From assembly GCF_009914755.1 (NCBI RefSeq), contig NC_060928.1: a stretch of 64,000 bases of DNA; one strand, given 5' to 3'. The translations under genes and the position numbers were made by a program. Positions 15,781 to 32,105 of the stretch are shown in pieces. Every line of letters begins with the position of its first letter. Position 1 is the stretch's first letter. This stretch comes from the human T2T-CHM13v2.0 reference genome, Homo sapiens. Under the pieces are notes generated by a model that worked only from the letters and a program-made list of their open reading frames with translations, had not been told where the DNA came from and did no database searches.

Positions 15781-16270
15781 AGGAGGAGGGAGAGAACTTT
15801 AAAATATAATGAATATAATAGTGTGAGTTAGAAGATCTAGGTGTAAATCTCAATTTGTTCCTCACTGGCAATTTGACCTTGGGCACAGAGGAAACGGATC
15901 TTAAAAGAAAAAGAAGAATCATATGCAGAAAGAAACAATAACAAGAAATTGAAAGAAAACACTGCCTGTATTTCCAACTTGTTCTCAATTTCTGATCTTT
16001 CTTAGAATTTCTTCATTCTTTTGTTTGATTTTAATTAAATATCATTCTAATTTATAATAGAGTTCTTTTTTCCTACTAGTCCAGAGTGAATTGACTTGTT
16101 TCTTGCAGCAATATCCTAATATATGGATGCAACATCTTTTTAGAAAGAGAAATTTTCTTTTCTCCTGCATGAATGTGTGGTTTGTCTTAGTCCAAGTCTG
16201 CTCTTTTGGATTCATGGCAAGAGAAAAAGAAATGTGAAGAGGAAAAGAGATGGAAAAATGAACCCCTACT

Positions 16271-17146
16271 GGTAGCAGAAATGGTTAATTACTGTATTAG
16301 TCTGTTTTCACTCTGCTGATAGAGACTGGGTAATTTATTAAAAAAATAAAAATAAAAGAGGTTTAATGGACTCACAGTTCCACCTGGCTGGGGAAGCCTC
16401 ACAATCATGGTAGAAGGCAAAAGACACATCTTACATGGTGGCAAACAAGAGAAAGAATGAGAACCAAGCGAAAGGGGTTTCCTCTTATAAAACCATCAGA
16501 TCTCTTGAGACTTGTTCACTAGAACAGTATAGGGGAAACCACCCCCATGATTCAATTATTTCCCACCGGGTCCCCTCCACAACATGTGGGAATTATGGGA
16601 GCTACAATTCAAGATGAGATTTGGGTGCAGACACAGACAAACAATATCAGTTACCATCCCCATATCTATTACTCCTTTTTTCTCAATGGGAAAACCCACA
16701 ATTTTAATTGCTAATTGGTTGAAAGCACTTGTCAGTCTCCCTTGCAGCTAGGCATGACATGTGTCTAAGTTCTGGCTGATAAGATAAAGTCAAAGGTGAC
16801 ATGGGGCATCCTAGAAGACTGTTGAAAGAACACTAACTCACATTTGAAAAACAAAACAGAACACCTGTTTGTCGTTTCTCCCTTCCTCCTACCTGCATTC
16901 CAGAATGCTGATGGGAGGGTAGAATTTCCAACAGCCATTTTGGACCAAGAGGTAACCTTGAGAATGAAAGCCATTCATAGAATGGCGAAATACAATAGCA
17001 GAAGGAGCCCAGGTCTCTGTTGACCATAGAGTCCCCATAAAAGTCCTAGACTCTCTTATCTGTGTTTCTCTCACAGATAACAAGACAGAAGAGAAATAAA
17101 CTTCTATCTCATTTAAGGTATTTGGGGTTTGCTCTATATGCAGCTA
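16271..17146 (+). mobile_element. MLT1J-like LTR split by a THE1 LTR
   Basis: ctcccttgcagctaggcatgacatgtgtctaagttctggc...cagccattttggacc...agaaggagcccaggtctctg...agaaataaacttctatctcatttaag. Confidence 0.75.
16293..16649 (-). mobile_element. THE1B/C solo LTR
   Basis: tgtattagtctgttttcac...aattcaagatgagatttgggtg...caatatca; 5-bp TSD attac/gttac. Confidence 0.9.
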
Positions 17147-17534
17147 GTAGAAAAATTATATTGCAGCAGATACTAGAGAAAATTGATATGCCTTTGTATA
17201 ATCTATACAACTCTCATTCCTAATATTTCTATTGTATTTATCAGTTCTAAAACTGAAAAATTATTTAAGAATTCATCTTCCTTATATTTATTTTCAGAAA
17301 TCAGAATGATGTGGCAGAAAAAAAATCAGCCTGAAAATTAAGAAAACTATATTTTGATTCTAAATAGTTATATTACTTTATTAAGTAATAACACTTCAAG
17401 TGCTTTTTCATCTTTAACATAAGAGATTTGAACCAGATAAACTCTAAGGTCTTTTCAGTTGCAAAACTCTTCTGTTTCTATATTTCTTGCTTTCTTCATG
17501 GGATTATTGAAAAGACCCAAATGTATAATTTTTA

Positions 17535-17740
17535 TTTAGCAAATAGCACTGTGCCATGCTCTTTGCAAATATTAATTTAATCATCATAGCTGACCAAGGA
17601 GGTAGGTACCACCCATTTTAAAGATAAGCAAACTGAGAAATAAATTAAGTAACTCTCCCAAAGCACATAGCTTACACTTGGCCAAACCTGGATTCAAACC
17701 CAGGAAGTTTGACTGGGTTTCTGATCTTAACACTACCCCA
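17535..17740 (-). mobile_element. MIR
   Basis: ggtaggtaccacccattttaaagataagcaaactgagaaa...aagtaactctcccaaagcacatagct...ggattcaaacccagg. Confidence 0.75.
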
Positions 17741-19469
17741 CCCTACCTCAAATAAACAGAACAGCAAATAAATTCTACTTAACTAAGTGACTATAGTCAC
17801 TTCAGTACAATGACTCAAGGAACCTAACAGGACATGGTAATTTTTCTTATTTTCAGAGAAATCCAAACATGATTTCTCCCAAACCTTAAAACACAGTATT
17901 GATGGGAAGCTCATAGTGCAACCATAACTTCAGAAGGGTGTTTGGGGTGTGCTGTGGACTAGAATAGAATGTACTATTTCCTTATGAAGTAGGACTTGAG
18001 AAATTTTCTCAGCATCGCCTGGGGAAAGATATTATTCTTTCCAATAAATCCAATTTTTATTTTAAATCGATACATGAATAAATAAGCCATTGCCTATCGT
18101 TTCAAGCTGAGGCACAGCATGGATCTTGCCACTGCGGTGCGGCAGATGGGCTGCGCTCTGGCATGCCTAATGCTCAGCTTCCGTCCGTCAGTGGCTCCAG
18201 CCACTGTTCCTCCACGCTTCCCTGGCATGCGAGTATTAGGTTTCACACAGAAATGCAAAAAAAAATGCCTTTAAGCTCATTTCTACATGAAATACAATAT
18301 ATTCGCCAGATAAGCTGGACCCTCATATTAATCATAAATCAATTATGTTTACCCTTAGCCAAGAAAGTACTAAAATGTTCTTCCCTCATTTTGAAACCTA
18401 ATATGATATTCACAGTAATTATGCTGGCTTTCATATGAATCATTGTCTCATTCTGTAATTGTTAGTACATGGCTGATTCATTTTCTGCCTTATAGTATTT
18501 GAAATGATCATTCCACTTGTGGTAGGATTTGGGGATTTATTGAAGTAAATCCTTTTACTCATTAGACTTTCCTTTTTTGTATCCCATCTTCAGTCTTTTT
18601 GTTGAGATTTTACACCAAAGTTTTCTAAAACCTGTAGCAAGTAGGAGAACAACATGTTAAATCCTACTGAAGCTGGCAAAGCCATACTAATGGATGGCAA
18701 AGTCTCTCTCCACCACTTTTCCTTGATCTTGTCCTTCCCTCCAGAGTCACACCACACCCACCCCCTTGTTTCAATTGTCCCTTTCATGCCTCTGAAAATA
18801 CAATCACGTTAATATTATGTGCTGAAACACTTTTAAAATATGAAAGTATTTCAGGTTACTATTCAAATATGCACAAATAAATATGAGGTTTTTTCTGGGT
18901 ATCATATACATCAATTTTTGGGAAGAGCACATTTAAAGACAGATGTCTGCTGTCCTGGCACCTCCAATATCACATTATTTTATGCATATTAAGAAGGTGT
19001 CATGGAATCGTCTCTGGTTCAGACCCTCTGGAATGTGAGGCATGGTCTTGGGATTGTGCCCTGCTGCCCTTTCTACATTAAATGCTAAACTGTCAGAGTG
19101 AGAGGAAACAGGTGGACCCAGTACAACGAGGGCCATCTGACTGAGACTGCCAACCTTCAGGTGGAACGTAGGAAATCAGAAATCAGCAGCCTTTCTGGAC
19201 ACTGTTATCACTATAAGAAACCATAATAATAAAAATGGGGGACTTAACATTGTAGATATTAGTAATGATCACTGCAATAAGCAACTCCTTTCCATGGACG
19301 CAGTCTCAAGTCCATGATGGCTTTACTTTAGGAGGGCTATTTATGCTATCCTCTATTTCAGAACTATATTTTGCTAGAAAAATGATTAAAGCTTATTCTC
19401 TTTTTGCATTTTGAAGTATTGGGCTTTTCATTTTAAAGTGTTTGATATGAAATTTCATCTTTATAATGA

Positions 19470-19690
19470 GAGTAGCTATTTATTGATTGCTTACAATGCT
19501 GAGGACACTGTGCTAAGAACTTTATATTCACAAACCTATTTGAGCCTTAAAACAACCCTTCAGGATAAGTATTATCAACTATTCTTCTTTATAGATGAAG
19601 CAATAAAACATCATATAACAAGTAGGGGAAAATCCACATCTCAAACCTTAGGCTTTGGGACTCCAAAGCCTATGTTCTTAACCACCACCT
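19470..19690 (-). mobile_element. MIR
   Basis: agctatttattgattgcttacaatg...cactgtgctaagaacttta...tttatagatgaagcaa...ctccaaagcctatgttcttaacc. Confidence 0.7.
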
Positions 19691-20253
19691 TACCCCATCT
19701 TGCCTTTGCAATCATGTATGGATTGCCAAAGAGCTATGCCCAGTTATTCACCACATTTTTTCAATATAAAATAAGTTCATCATCTAATAAGAAGATCATG
19801 ATTTCTTTTCAGCTATTTAAGTGCTATAAATTCTCTTTATTTGCTCATTAGCTGGTATATCTTATCAGCTAATGGCAAAATGTAAAACCAGCTGGTTTTT
19901 AGAACCTTTCTTTTGCTTTCATTCTCAATGCTCCCTGAGTTGTTTGGTTGGTTGGTTGTATTTGTTATAAAGGAGTTAAGAGTAAGTACAAAGCAATGAC
20001 AACATTGTCAAAAAGCAGAATTTGTTTTAAATTGTTCTCAACCATTTTCTTTATCAACATATACATCGCCACATAAAAAATCCAAAATTAGTTGGATTTT
20101 TACACTGGCTGGAGGTAGTCCTTAATTTTGTAAAATGGCTGGTTTTATAAACTGCAGAATGATACACTTCTGTGCAACAGAGCAGCCGAAGTCTGAAAAC
20201 AAACTATTTGGTAGTCAAACCCTCCCCCATTCTAGGCTTCTTATATGGAGCTG

Positions 20254-20272
20254 CCATGACATCTAGTGGCCA
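20254..20272 (-). promoter_or_regulatory. CTCF-like motif
   Basis: Minus strand reads TGGCCACTAGATGTCATGG, matching the CCACTAGRTGKCR variant of the CTCF core; lies in non-repeat sequence. Confidence 0.6.
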
Positions 20273-20959
20273 AAATTTAGGGAAGCTATTCTTTATCCAT
20301 AAAGCACACAGGATTTCTAATTTAGAAGCATATTGAAAATCTCACATAGAAAATGAAATTGTCGGTAAATACAGTGCTTCAAAGTTTACGACTATTACGT
20401 GAATTGTTGGTTTATCCTTCCTACATTACTTAGATATTTTAAAATATTTATCATAATGAATTTACACCAAAGCCTTGGTTTATTCTGAGGTGAGTATGTG
20501 AATGCATCATAGGATTTGATTCTTTGTGTTTTACTTCTGTAAGAGTAACAACAATTCGATATCAATGATTAAATCAACTTTACATTTTAAATGACAGTCT
20601 AAGTAAATGAGTAATAACTTTATATTATCTCAAATTAAAGTGAAACAACTGACATACAAGTCAATTCCCTGCACCTTTTTGCTGAGTTAATGGGATTTCT
20701 TTTCTAAAGAAGAAATATTTAATGTTATTAAAGGAAGAAATAGAAGATTCGAAGTCAATTTTTAAAGCAAAATAACTAAAAATGAACAGAGTATAGTTGT
20801 CTTCAGCAGATTTTTTTTAAAATTCCAAAGGTCTGTTTCTAGTAGATTTTCTGTGGTTTAAGCTAAAATAAATAGTTCGTGGAAACCACAATATACAAAT
20901 GATCAGAAATAATTTTTAAACTCTTTTTCTAATGAGTTTTTTAGTCTAAGAAACACCAA

Positions 20960-21794
<835 letters not shown>

Positions 21795-22399
21795 TTATAC
21801 TATCTGTGTTACATTAATAACAAAATAGGTCATATCAAGTTCATTGATATGGATATTTTTATATTTAATAAACATTACTAAGTATGTTGATTAAATGATA
21901 TAATTATCACCCTGGCCAATGCACAGCAGAAGTCAAAATTCCAAAGGGATCTTGAAGCAGCAGTAAAATCTATTCATCTTGATTGGCAATTATTTTAGTG
22001 ATGTTAGTCTAAACAGTGTTCACAGTATGAATTGTTAGGTTGAAATATTTTAATCTTGTGAAAAAAGCAACATTTAAAATCAATTATCTCGATGTGAAAT
22101 CCTGATACGATGGGAATAACTTGGCTCCTGGGAAGAAAATCTGTTAAGCTTTCATAGAAGCCCCAAGAGCAGATGTTTTACAGAAAGAAGAGAAACATAA
22201 AAGAAAATGAGAGTGGGAAATAGAAGAAAACTAAAATCCTACCTCATATCATGAAAAAATTTCCCAAAAGATAAATTTAGATTTTGTCCATCAAAGGGAA
22301 ATTGGAAGTTCTACTTTTAATTTTGTATGTCCTTGTAGTACTCAAACTGAGCATTGTCATCGTCAAAAAAGTAAAGCTTTTGTGGATCCTTCATGACTG

Positions 22400-23429
22400 C
22401 TATCAAATCTAATTCAAGATGGATCAAAGACTCAAATGTGAGAAATAAAATCATTACCTCCCTTGAAGACAACATAGGTGAATTTTTAAATAATCTTTAG
22501 GATGATAAACGCTTTTTTACAGCCAGAAATATTAAAAGATGAGTATATTTTTACTTAAGTGGTAAAACCTTACATGGTACAAAGAAATGCCAGACAAAAA
22601 AGCCAAAATACTTGTAGCATGCAGGACAGATAAGTAGTTAATATCTGTCATATTTTAAAAGTTCCCTATCAAATCACTAAATAAATGATGGAACATCATA
22701 ACGAAGTAGATCAAAGAACTTGAATATACAATTGAAGAGAGAAAAAGTAAAATATTAGATAACATTAAAATATATCAATAGCTAACATTTACTGAGAATG
22801 AGTTTACCAGGAAATGTTGTAAGAGCTTTATGTGTATTAATTAATTTAATTTTCACAATTCTATGAGGTCAGTATTATTATTATTACCATTTCCCAGATG
22901 ACTAATCTGTGACATAGAGAGGTTAAATAATTAGCACAAAGTCAAAAAGCTGGTAAGTGATAAAGCCAGAATATAAACTCACATGGTCACACTCCACAGC
23001 TTTGGCTCCTAATCAAATGCATACATTCATTATTAATCCAAAACTCAAATACAAACAATGATTTACTGCTTTCCACCTAGCCAAATGATAAAGATCTTAA
23101 AGATCAGTGCTATGTGGAAACTCATAAATTGTTAATAGGAGTGTCAATTGATACAATCTTTTTGGAGGTCAGTGTAATGATATGCATCAATATTAAATGC
23201 CTTCTTTTTAACTCAGACATCCTTCCTCCAACAGATTCCAAATAGATCCTAAGGAGATAAAGAATCAAACATACAAAAATGTAGGAACAAAAACGTCCTT
23301 CAAAGCATGATTAATAATAGGAGCAGGAAAGAAATGGAAATAAGCACAATGTCATCAGTGAAATAGTTGTTAAACAAATTAAAGTATATCTATACCATGA
23401 ACAAATATATAGACTTAAAAATGAGTGAT

Positions 23430-23430
<1 letters not shown>
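22400..23430 (+). mobile_element. Old L1ME-like ORF2/3' fragments containing a MIR (about 22780-23010, minus)
   Basis: aattcaagatggatcaaagactcaaatgtgaga...gaagacaacataggtgaat; MIR core ccatttcccagatgactaatctgtgacatagagaggttaaataatt. Confidence 0.6.
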
Positions 23431-24635
<1,205 letters not shown>

Positions 24636-25926
24636 GGTGTTCATTGACATAGAGAGGTCTGAAGATCACTGAGAATAAATTATAATTATAAAGCAGAATA
24701 TATACAATGATTTTCAACTGTTTGCTGCCATAAATCATAAGAAATTTTACAGAGTCCACAATTGAAAGTGGATCACTGAGTCACTGATTTTTGAGTGGGT
24801 GGATGGGCAGCATAGTCCCAATTGAAAATAATTTTCATATAGTATGAGGATAAACACACATAAAGATATTATATATATTACATGCATTTACATATATACA
24901 TAACTCTGTAAGTTTAAGTGTGCAAAAAATATATATCTAAATGGATCTTCACAAAAACTTTTACAATGAATATTTGCCTGAATAATAGTATTGAGAGCTA
25001 TTGATATTTTCCTTTTCATATTTTCTATCTTCCTTCCATTTTCAATACAACTGTATATTACCTATCGAATCTGAAAACAAATTATAACTATTTTTCATCT
25101 GAAAAAATTAATGCTTTTGATATGCTATTCTTAAGTTGAGCAAGACAATTCTTTCTGTTCCCCACGGATTGTCTAAGTTTGTAAACACCTTATAACCAGA
25201 TTTCTCTTATTTTGTCTGCTAGCTCACTGCCACACGTGTAGGCTTTCAAACAGGGAACAATATATATAAAATGAATGCTTCCTTTATAAATCACACCCTT
25301 AAATATTAAGCCTAAATAGTGAAAATACAGAAGGAAGAAATGCTGGCCTCCTTCGTGACTTTCTAACAGCCAACTTCCTCCTCCCATAAGAGGACACTCC
25401 TCACATTCCTTAAGGCTTTAGCAGATCCCTGTTCCCTGGAGGAGAAGCAGAGCACACCAAACGTCAGGAGCCAATGCCTCCCTTATACATTAAGAAGTCA
25501 ATAACTCACTTCTAGTGGGATTAGATCATTGATTCCAACATGATCTTAAGAAGAGTGTTTAATGGCAGCTCTCTCCCTGTTAAACCTCTTAGTACAGTAC
25601 ATTCTTAGGACATATCCTCCCAAGAGAGCAACAGGAGAGATTCAAGTTTAAAAAGCTAAATCAACTCTTTCTGGTTAGTAGCTCAGCAAAGTGGCTACTG
25701 AGAAAAAGTCTATGTTGCAAAACGGGAAATCCTGTAGCCTGAGCCACCCACCCACTTCTACTGGACCTAATAGATGCTACTAAGTTCCCGATGTGGAACT
25801 AGGAATCAGGAATCGTGTACCATATAAAAATATACCATACTACAGTAAACTCAAAGAAAACCCAGAACAGAAGAGCAGATTCTTCTTAAAGGTCAAAATT
25901 TATTTATTCTGTGGAAATATGTATAT

Positions 25927-25954
25927 CACACACACACACACACACCCACACACA
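25927..25954. repeat. (CA)n microsatellite, interrupted
   Basis: cacacacacacacacacacccacacaca. Confidence 0.9.
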
Positions 25955-26239
25955 AAATAAAAATGGTAAGTACATTTTGAAGTGAAATATTCCTAAAATT
26001 AAGGACAGCTCTCCTTTATAGGAAGTGATGCATAATTCAATAGGGTTCAATAAGAACACAAATGTTAATTACATTAGGAAATATACACAAAAGTTGTCCT
26101 CATTTACACAAAAGTTGTTGCAATAAAATATTTGTTAAACATTCTTTTATTCTACACATAAAAAATCATTTCATCTTTAAAACAAATGATCTAGAAATAT
26201 ATATGACTGAACAGGTCTAACTCTAAATCCAGGTCAGAA

Positions 26240-26432
26240 TTTAGGCTACAATTTCATGATGTACAACTATTCTGGGTAGTAGGTATTATTAGCAGCAATT
26301 TTATAGATAATCAAACTGAGATCAACAAATATGAATTGAGTTGCTCAAAATCAAACAGTAGGTAAATGGAAGGACTGGAATTAGTACCCAGATCTTGACT
26401 TTTAAGTCTAATTTTCTTTTCACTGCATCATG
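26240..26432 (-). mobile_element. MIR
   Basis: gtaggtattattagcagcaattttatagataatcaaactgaga...gagttgctcaaaatcaaacag...ggaattagtacccagatc. Confidence 0.7.
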
Positions 26433-26629
26433 TTTCCTCCTAGATATTACAAAGAAAAACTTATTCCTCTGGGTGGGTGAGAATGATTGAGTTACTTGTT
26501 TAATTTTAAAATATTTAAGAACACAACTTACAATTTCTTCAAGAGAGAAATAATATTACTAGGCTGGAATATTACTAATTAGATAAGAAGTTGTTGATGC
26601 CTTTGAGGGGAGTCTAATTATGAAAGTTA

Positions 26630-26947
26630 GGCTGGGCACGGTGGCTCACGCCTGTAATCCCAGCACTTTGGGAGGCCTAGGTGGGTGGATCACCTGAGGT
26701 CAGGAGTTCAAGGCCAGCCTGACCAATGTGGTGAAACCCCGTCTCTACTAAAAATTCAAAAAAAATAGCTGGTTGTGGTGGCACACACCTGTAATCACAG
26801 CTACTTGGGAGGCTGAGGCAGGAGAATCGCTTGAACCCAAGAGGCCAAGGTTGCACTGAGCCAAGATCACGCCATTGCACTCCCACCTGGGCAACAAGAA
26901 TGATACTCCGTCTCAAAAAACAATAACAATAATTATTATTATTATTA
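26630..26947 (+). mobile_element. Alu (AluSx/Sq-like) with (CAA)/(ATT) decayed tail
   Basis: ggctgggcacggtggctc...ccgtctcaaaaaacaataacaataattattattatt. Confidence 0.95.
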
Positions 26948-27737
26948 AAGTAGTAAAAAGACAGCATTATGATTTGGTGCATTTAATCCTTAGGATAACA
27001 TAAATCCTGAGGGTAGCACTGCAACTATCCTTCTCAGGCTCCAAGGTGCAGTATATTATTTGATGGTGAGGAGTGACACTGATCTACCAGTTTTGTCCCA
27101 GGGACTTGGTCCTGAGTTCCTCTAGAATGTTAACTAAAAAAAGATTGTGAGAGTCAAATATAAGTTTTCTAACAAATCTACCCTTTGAGGGCAAGAGGGT
27201 TGGGGAGCTGTTAAAATTGTTGGAACTATGGAAGGAAAGGAAACCACTCAGCAAACATTAAAGGAACCATGCTTAGAGAAGAAAGGAGGATCCCTCGGGC
27301 TAATAGGACAGGCATCACTGCCAATATCCACAGGCTTTAAGGTATGCTGAGGTCATGTAAATGGAAGATATGACAGGACATCCGAACTAAAACCACAGGA
27401 AAAAGATTGGTTCAGGCAGCTGCAGAGGAGCAATTCAATGGCTACTGAGAAGAGTTTGTGAGTCATCCCAAGATTGGCTTAAGAAAGAGAGAGGTTTCAA
27501 CAAACAGGAATTCTAGTCAATAAGCTGTTGGTACTGATAGGCAAAGATTAGTTAGAATGAAGGTTATGCTGATGTGACAACCAGTTCTAAATTACAGTAT
27601 TCTAGGTTGACACAGATCTTTAGTTCCCATGATTCGTGAACCGTGTTTCTCCCACCTTGTTACTCTGCTATCCTGTACGGCATTTTCCTCTTTTGCATTT
27701 GCAAGCTGGATGCAGACACATCATTTTCAGCTCATTA

Positions 27738-28152
<415 letters not shown>

Positions 28153-30954
28153 TTACCTTAGCTACAATTCTATTATTAAGGAAGGAGGGAACAAATTTTG
28201 GTAGGCAACCAATAATCTCTATCAACTAGCAGTTTGCTATCTTCATTTTTATTCATATGTCCATGATTGTGCCCCATCCCCAACCCTAAAAAGCTAGAAA
28301 TTTGGAAAGGAATATATTTCACCATGGGTATGTTTAAGATTCCCACAGCCTTTGTGTAATTTTAGTTAGTATGTAGTATCCAATACAAAATGGAAGTGCA
28401 GTTTTTTCTCAGTAAATTGCTTTGTTGTCTTCCAAGTCAGAAGAATGATAGTAAGACACTGGAGTGATAAGTCTGAATCAATGCCTGGAACAGTAAGAAG
28501 CACCCTCACATAACAGAACCTAAACTTGGACATCAAATAAATTGCTGCATGTTATATTATAAATCTCTTTAGTACCTTTTACACATATGTGAAAATCAAG
28601 AAACACTAATTAAAAGCACAGATTATCTTGATAACTAGTTGTTCATTCTATAATGAAAGATCCAATTCAAATAGCCCCAAATTACACAGAATACTCGTTC
28701 TGTGTAAAAGTTCCAGCTATATCTGGCATATAACTGCTTTACTAAGTTCGACCATTAGAGTGTTGTTTTTTATTAAGTTCACTCAAATAAATTACCTTCA
28801 CAGTCTGTCCTAGAGACTAAAATAAAGTCTGTACAGACCTTTTAAAGCAGAATCTTTTCATGGCGTTGTGTTAAAGGCCAACAAATTAGAATTAATCTTC
28901 AAAGTTTCATGTGGCTGAATCTATAAAAACACTTATTGTCTTGACTATTTTAAATGCCTTGACATAATTTTCTTAAAATGGCATTTATTACAGTTAGTAA
29001 AATAATTTTAAATTGTTGCTTAATATTAAAGAATGTTGCCTTTTAAACCAATTAATTTGGTGTCAAGTAGATGTAATTTCAAAATTGCCTCCAACATTTA
29101 ACAGAGTCTATTGCATAGTTATGTTCCACTATAAATTACTTTTTAACAATATCATTCTAATTAACATGATTAAATAATTTTGAGATTATTTTAGAAAAGA
29201 GGGGGACTTGAAAAAACAGAGATTCTAATAATTAAGCTTCTGGTGCACCTGGCCAAAGATTGGTTAGAGTGAAGGTTTCCCAGACTATGTTTTCCAGAGA
29301 AAAACAAAAGTGTGATAGGAAAAGAATGTTCATCTCGATCCATGGGCAAAATGTAAAGTATAAAAAATGGAAAACTATCCTTAGAAGAGAAGTCATTGAA
29401 ATATCTTAATGTAATACTAAGAGACTGCTCCAGCTAGCGTTGAATGTGAGATCAAAAAACAATTGTGTGAGTTTTACATTTCTAAAGTATTTTCCACACA
29501 GAAACTGTATCCGTATGGTGAATTACATGTACCTCTATCCACAGAAAAGATAATCAGGACAGCAGCAAAGCACGCTCAACACGCACTGTTCCAGCAAAAT
29601 CCTTGATCTCAAATTTAAAGAGAGAAGAAACAGACTCAAAGATGGTTGTTAAGGAATTCTGGCAGAATCTCTTCAGAGAGAGAAGTTAATAGGTGTAATA
29701 AATGACCCAGGGCACTGGTAGGAACAAATTATATAAATAAACTTAAGAAGAAGTTATACAAAAAAGGTGGACCCAAACAAATGTGAACCTGTAAGTTAGG
29801 AAAGCAAGCTCAGAGGATGGCATGGCCCATTAAAAGCTGTTTGACCTACTGCACCTCTATTCTTTTGTCAAAGTTATAGGAGTATCCTCTTAAGCTGTCA
29901 CTTTTACAAATGTAAGCAAAATAATTTTATAAAGAGATATTTTGTCTTATTAAACACTGCCCCAGTACATCGTCCAAATTTCCCTCTTACCTTGAAGGAA
30001 ACGTGAATGAATATTGGAGCAGAAGGTTTACATTAGAGTTTTTATTTAAATTATCATTACCATAGGCTCTTAAATCACCTAATGATTCGTTTGCCTTGCA
30101 AACCTAAAACAGAACTTTTTAAGATAAACTTTAACTTGCTACAAGTCATAAAATTATTTCCATATAAAGTCTGTTTATTAAATGTGTTAAACTGTTATAT
30201 GGGCCCTTTAAATTTATGGAAAGGCAAAAAAACTGCCTGGCAGCAATACCTGCAAAAGCAATATACACTAGGGAAAAAATCATACTATAGGAATAGAGAG
30301 TAGACAAAGAATATCTGAAATATCCAAGGCTGGAAATTGAATTACAAAGTCCAGCATGAGCCAAGATGATCTCATTTTATGTGGAGCCATCCTTAAGGCA
30401 AAGATTACAGCTCTAAACTTTATCTTTTAGACTTTCATTATTTTGGCTAATTCTAAGAGGAGGCATTTCAGACTTCTTCATCTCCTGATTAAAGGAATGT
30501 AATGACTAATTGGGGTTCAACACCCCATAGCCCTTTTCCCCATTTTTGGATGCAAACAAATTCCTGAAAAAGATATGGTTACAAATTACTATTGCTCCCA
30601 GCAAAAGATCATAAGGTTAATGTTTTAACATTTCTGGGATATACCTGCTAATTGTAGAGATTTTCGCTGCGAACACATATATAGCGAACACTATATATGG
30701 CCAGTTTAGCTTTGCAACACTTTGCAACTGGTACATTAAGCCATTAGAAAAATTATTAGTGATAAATATCTCTTTCTATCAAATAACAAAGATTTCCTGA
30801 AGTGAAGTTGCACTGCTACATCAACAACCAGACATTATTATTTTTCCTATGGCACTTCAGTAATAATTAAGAAGAGAGCTCCATGAAGCATCTAAGCTCC
30901 AAGGGGGTTATCTGACAGACTAGAAAAACTTCTTTCTTAAGTCTTTGGATACTT

Positions 30955-30957
<3 letters not shown>

Positions 30958-31040
<83 letters not shown>
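30958..31040. repeat. Compound microsatellite (AT)~26(CA)15
   Basis: Uninterrupted ta run at 30958-31010, then ca run at 31011-31040. Confidence 0.97.
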
Positions 31041-31044
<4 letters not shown>

Positions 31045-31959
31045 ATTTGTATCTATTCCTCCAAGAGTTCACTGGAGCATGTCAGAGGGTTGACAGTTTC
31101 AGAGAAAATATCACTTCAGAATATTTTATGACATCTTTAGCCTGTGAATATGCAGTGATTTTTTTTTTCCTTTTTTTTGCCACCTTCCTGATTAGGAATG
31201 AACATGCAGTGATTAGGCACTGATTTTGTTTCCACATCTTCATAATTATAGCTGAAAGTGAAATCATTCCTAACCTCCTGCTATTCACCAAGCCAAATAA
31301 CCATGAACATAAACAACACAGAGAGCAAGCCGTACAGTCATTTAGAATTTGATCTGAAAACAGATTTTCTGCTTTATTAATTTAATTACACAAAGGAACA
31401 TTGTGTTTTTCTGACTACCTCATGACATTGTGATGAAAATTAAGAACTTAGAAGTCTTTTAAAAAGCCTTATCTCTTTGGTTACAAAAACTACCCAACAT
31501 GTGATTTATCAAGAATATCTCCCATTTGTGTCATACAAATTCCAAAGGAAATAAAGACGACATTACACATGTTTATCTTGATGCAGTGACTGGTTTCTTC
31601 ATTTTTGATGAGGAACAAAGGAAAAATATTTGTAACAGGTTCCCATCTAGCTGTTACAGAACCTGAAGTCTAAGTGTTACCCTGAACAAAACTGCTCTTA
31701 AACGTGGTTATGTTTTTCTCATTACTATCACTTTTGACAGGTATAGCATGATACTGCCAAGTAAGACTTACGTATTTAAGTGAAGTAATGCAAGAAAAAT
31801 GACGAGTTATATAGGTTGTACTTTGCAAACACAAATCCATTTGATATGTATGTGCTAGCCTCATCAAGATCTCAAAAGGAAAATAAAGTGCAATTTAAAG
31901 ATTAATTAACATCTAAGAACAAATGTTCACTTGCTACCTCAGAAACAATCATATGATAT

Positions 31960-32105
31960 AGATATTATCACCCCCATGTTCCAATAAGTTGACTGAAACT
32001 TAGATGTTGAGTGATTTGCCCAATTATACAGCTAGTCATCAGTGGAATCAGATTCTGAACCCAGGACTTGGGATGCCCAATCCAATGTTCTTTCCACTGC
32101 ACCAT
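31960..32105 (-). mobile_element. MIR
   Basis: gactgaaacttagatgttgagtgatttgcccaattatacagctagt...ctgaacccagg. Confidence 0.7.

Noticed and set aside
19411-19851. 146-aa ORF
   Set aside because: Non-ATG start, overlaps a MIR, no recognisable domain or splice structure.
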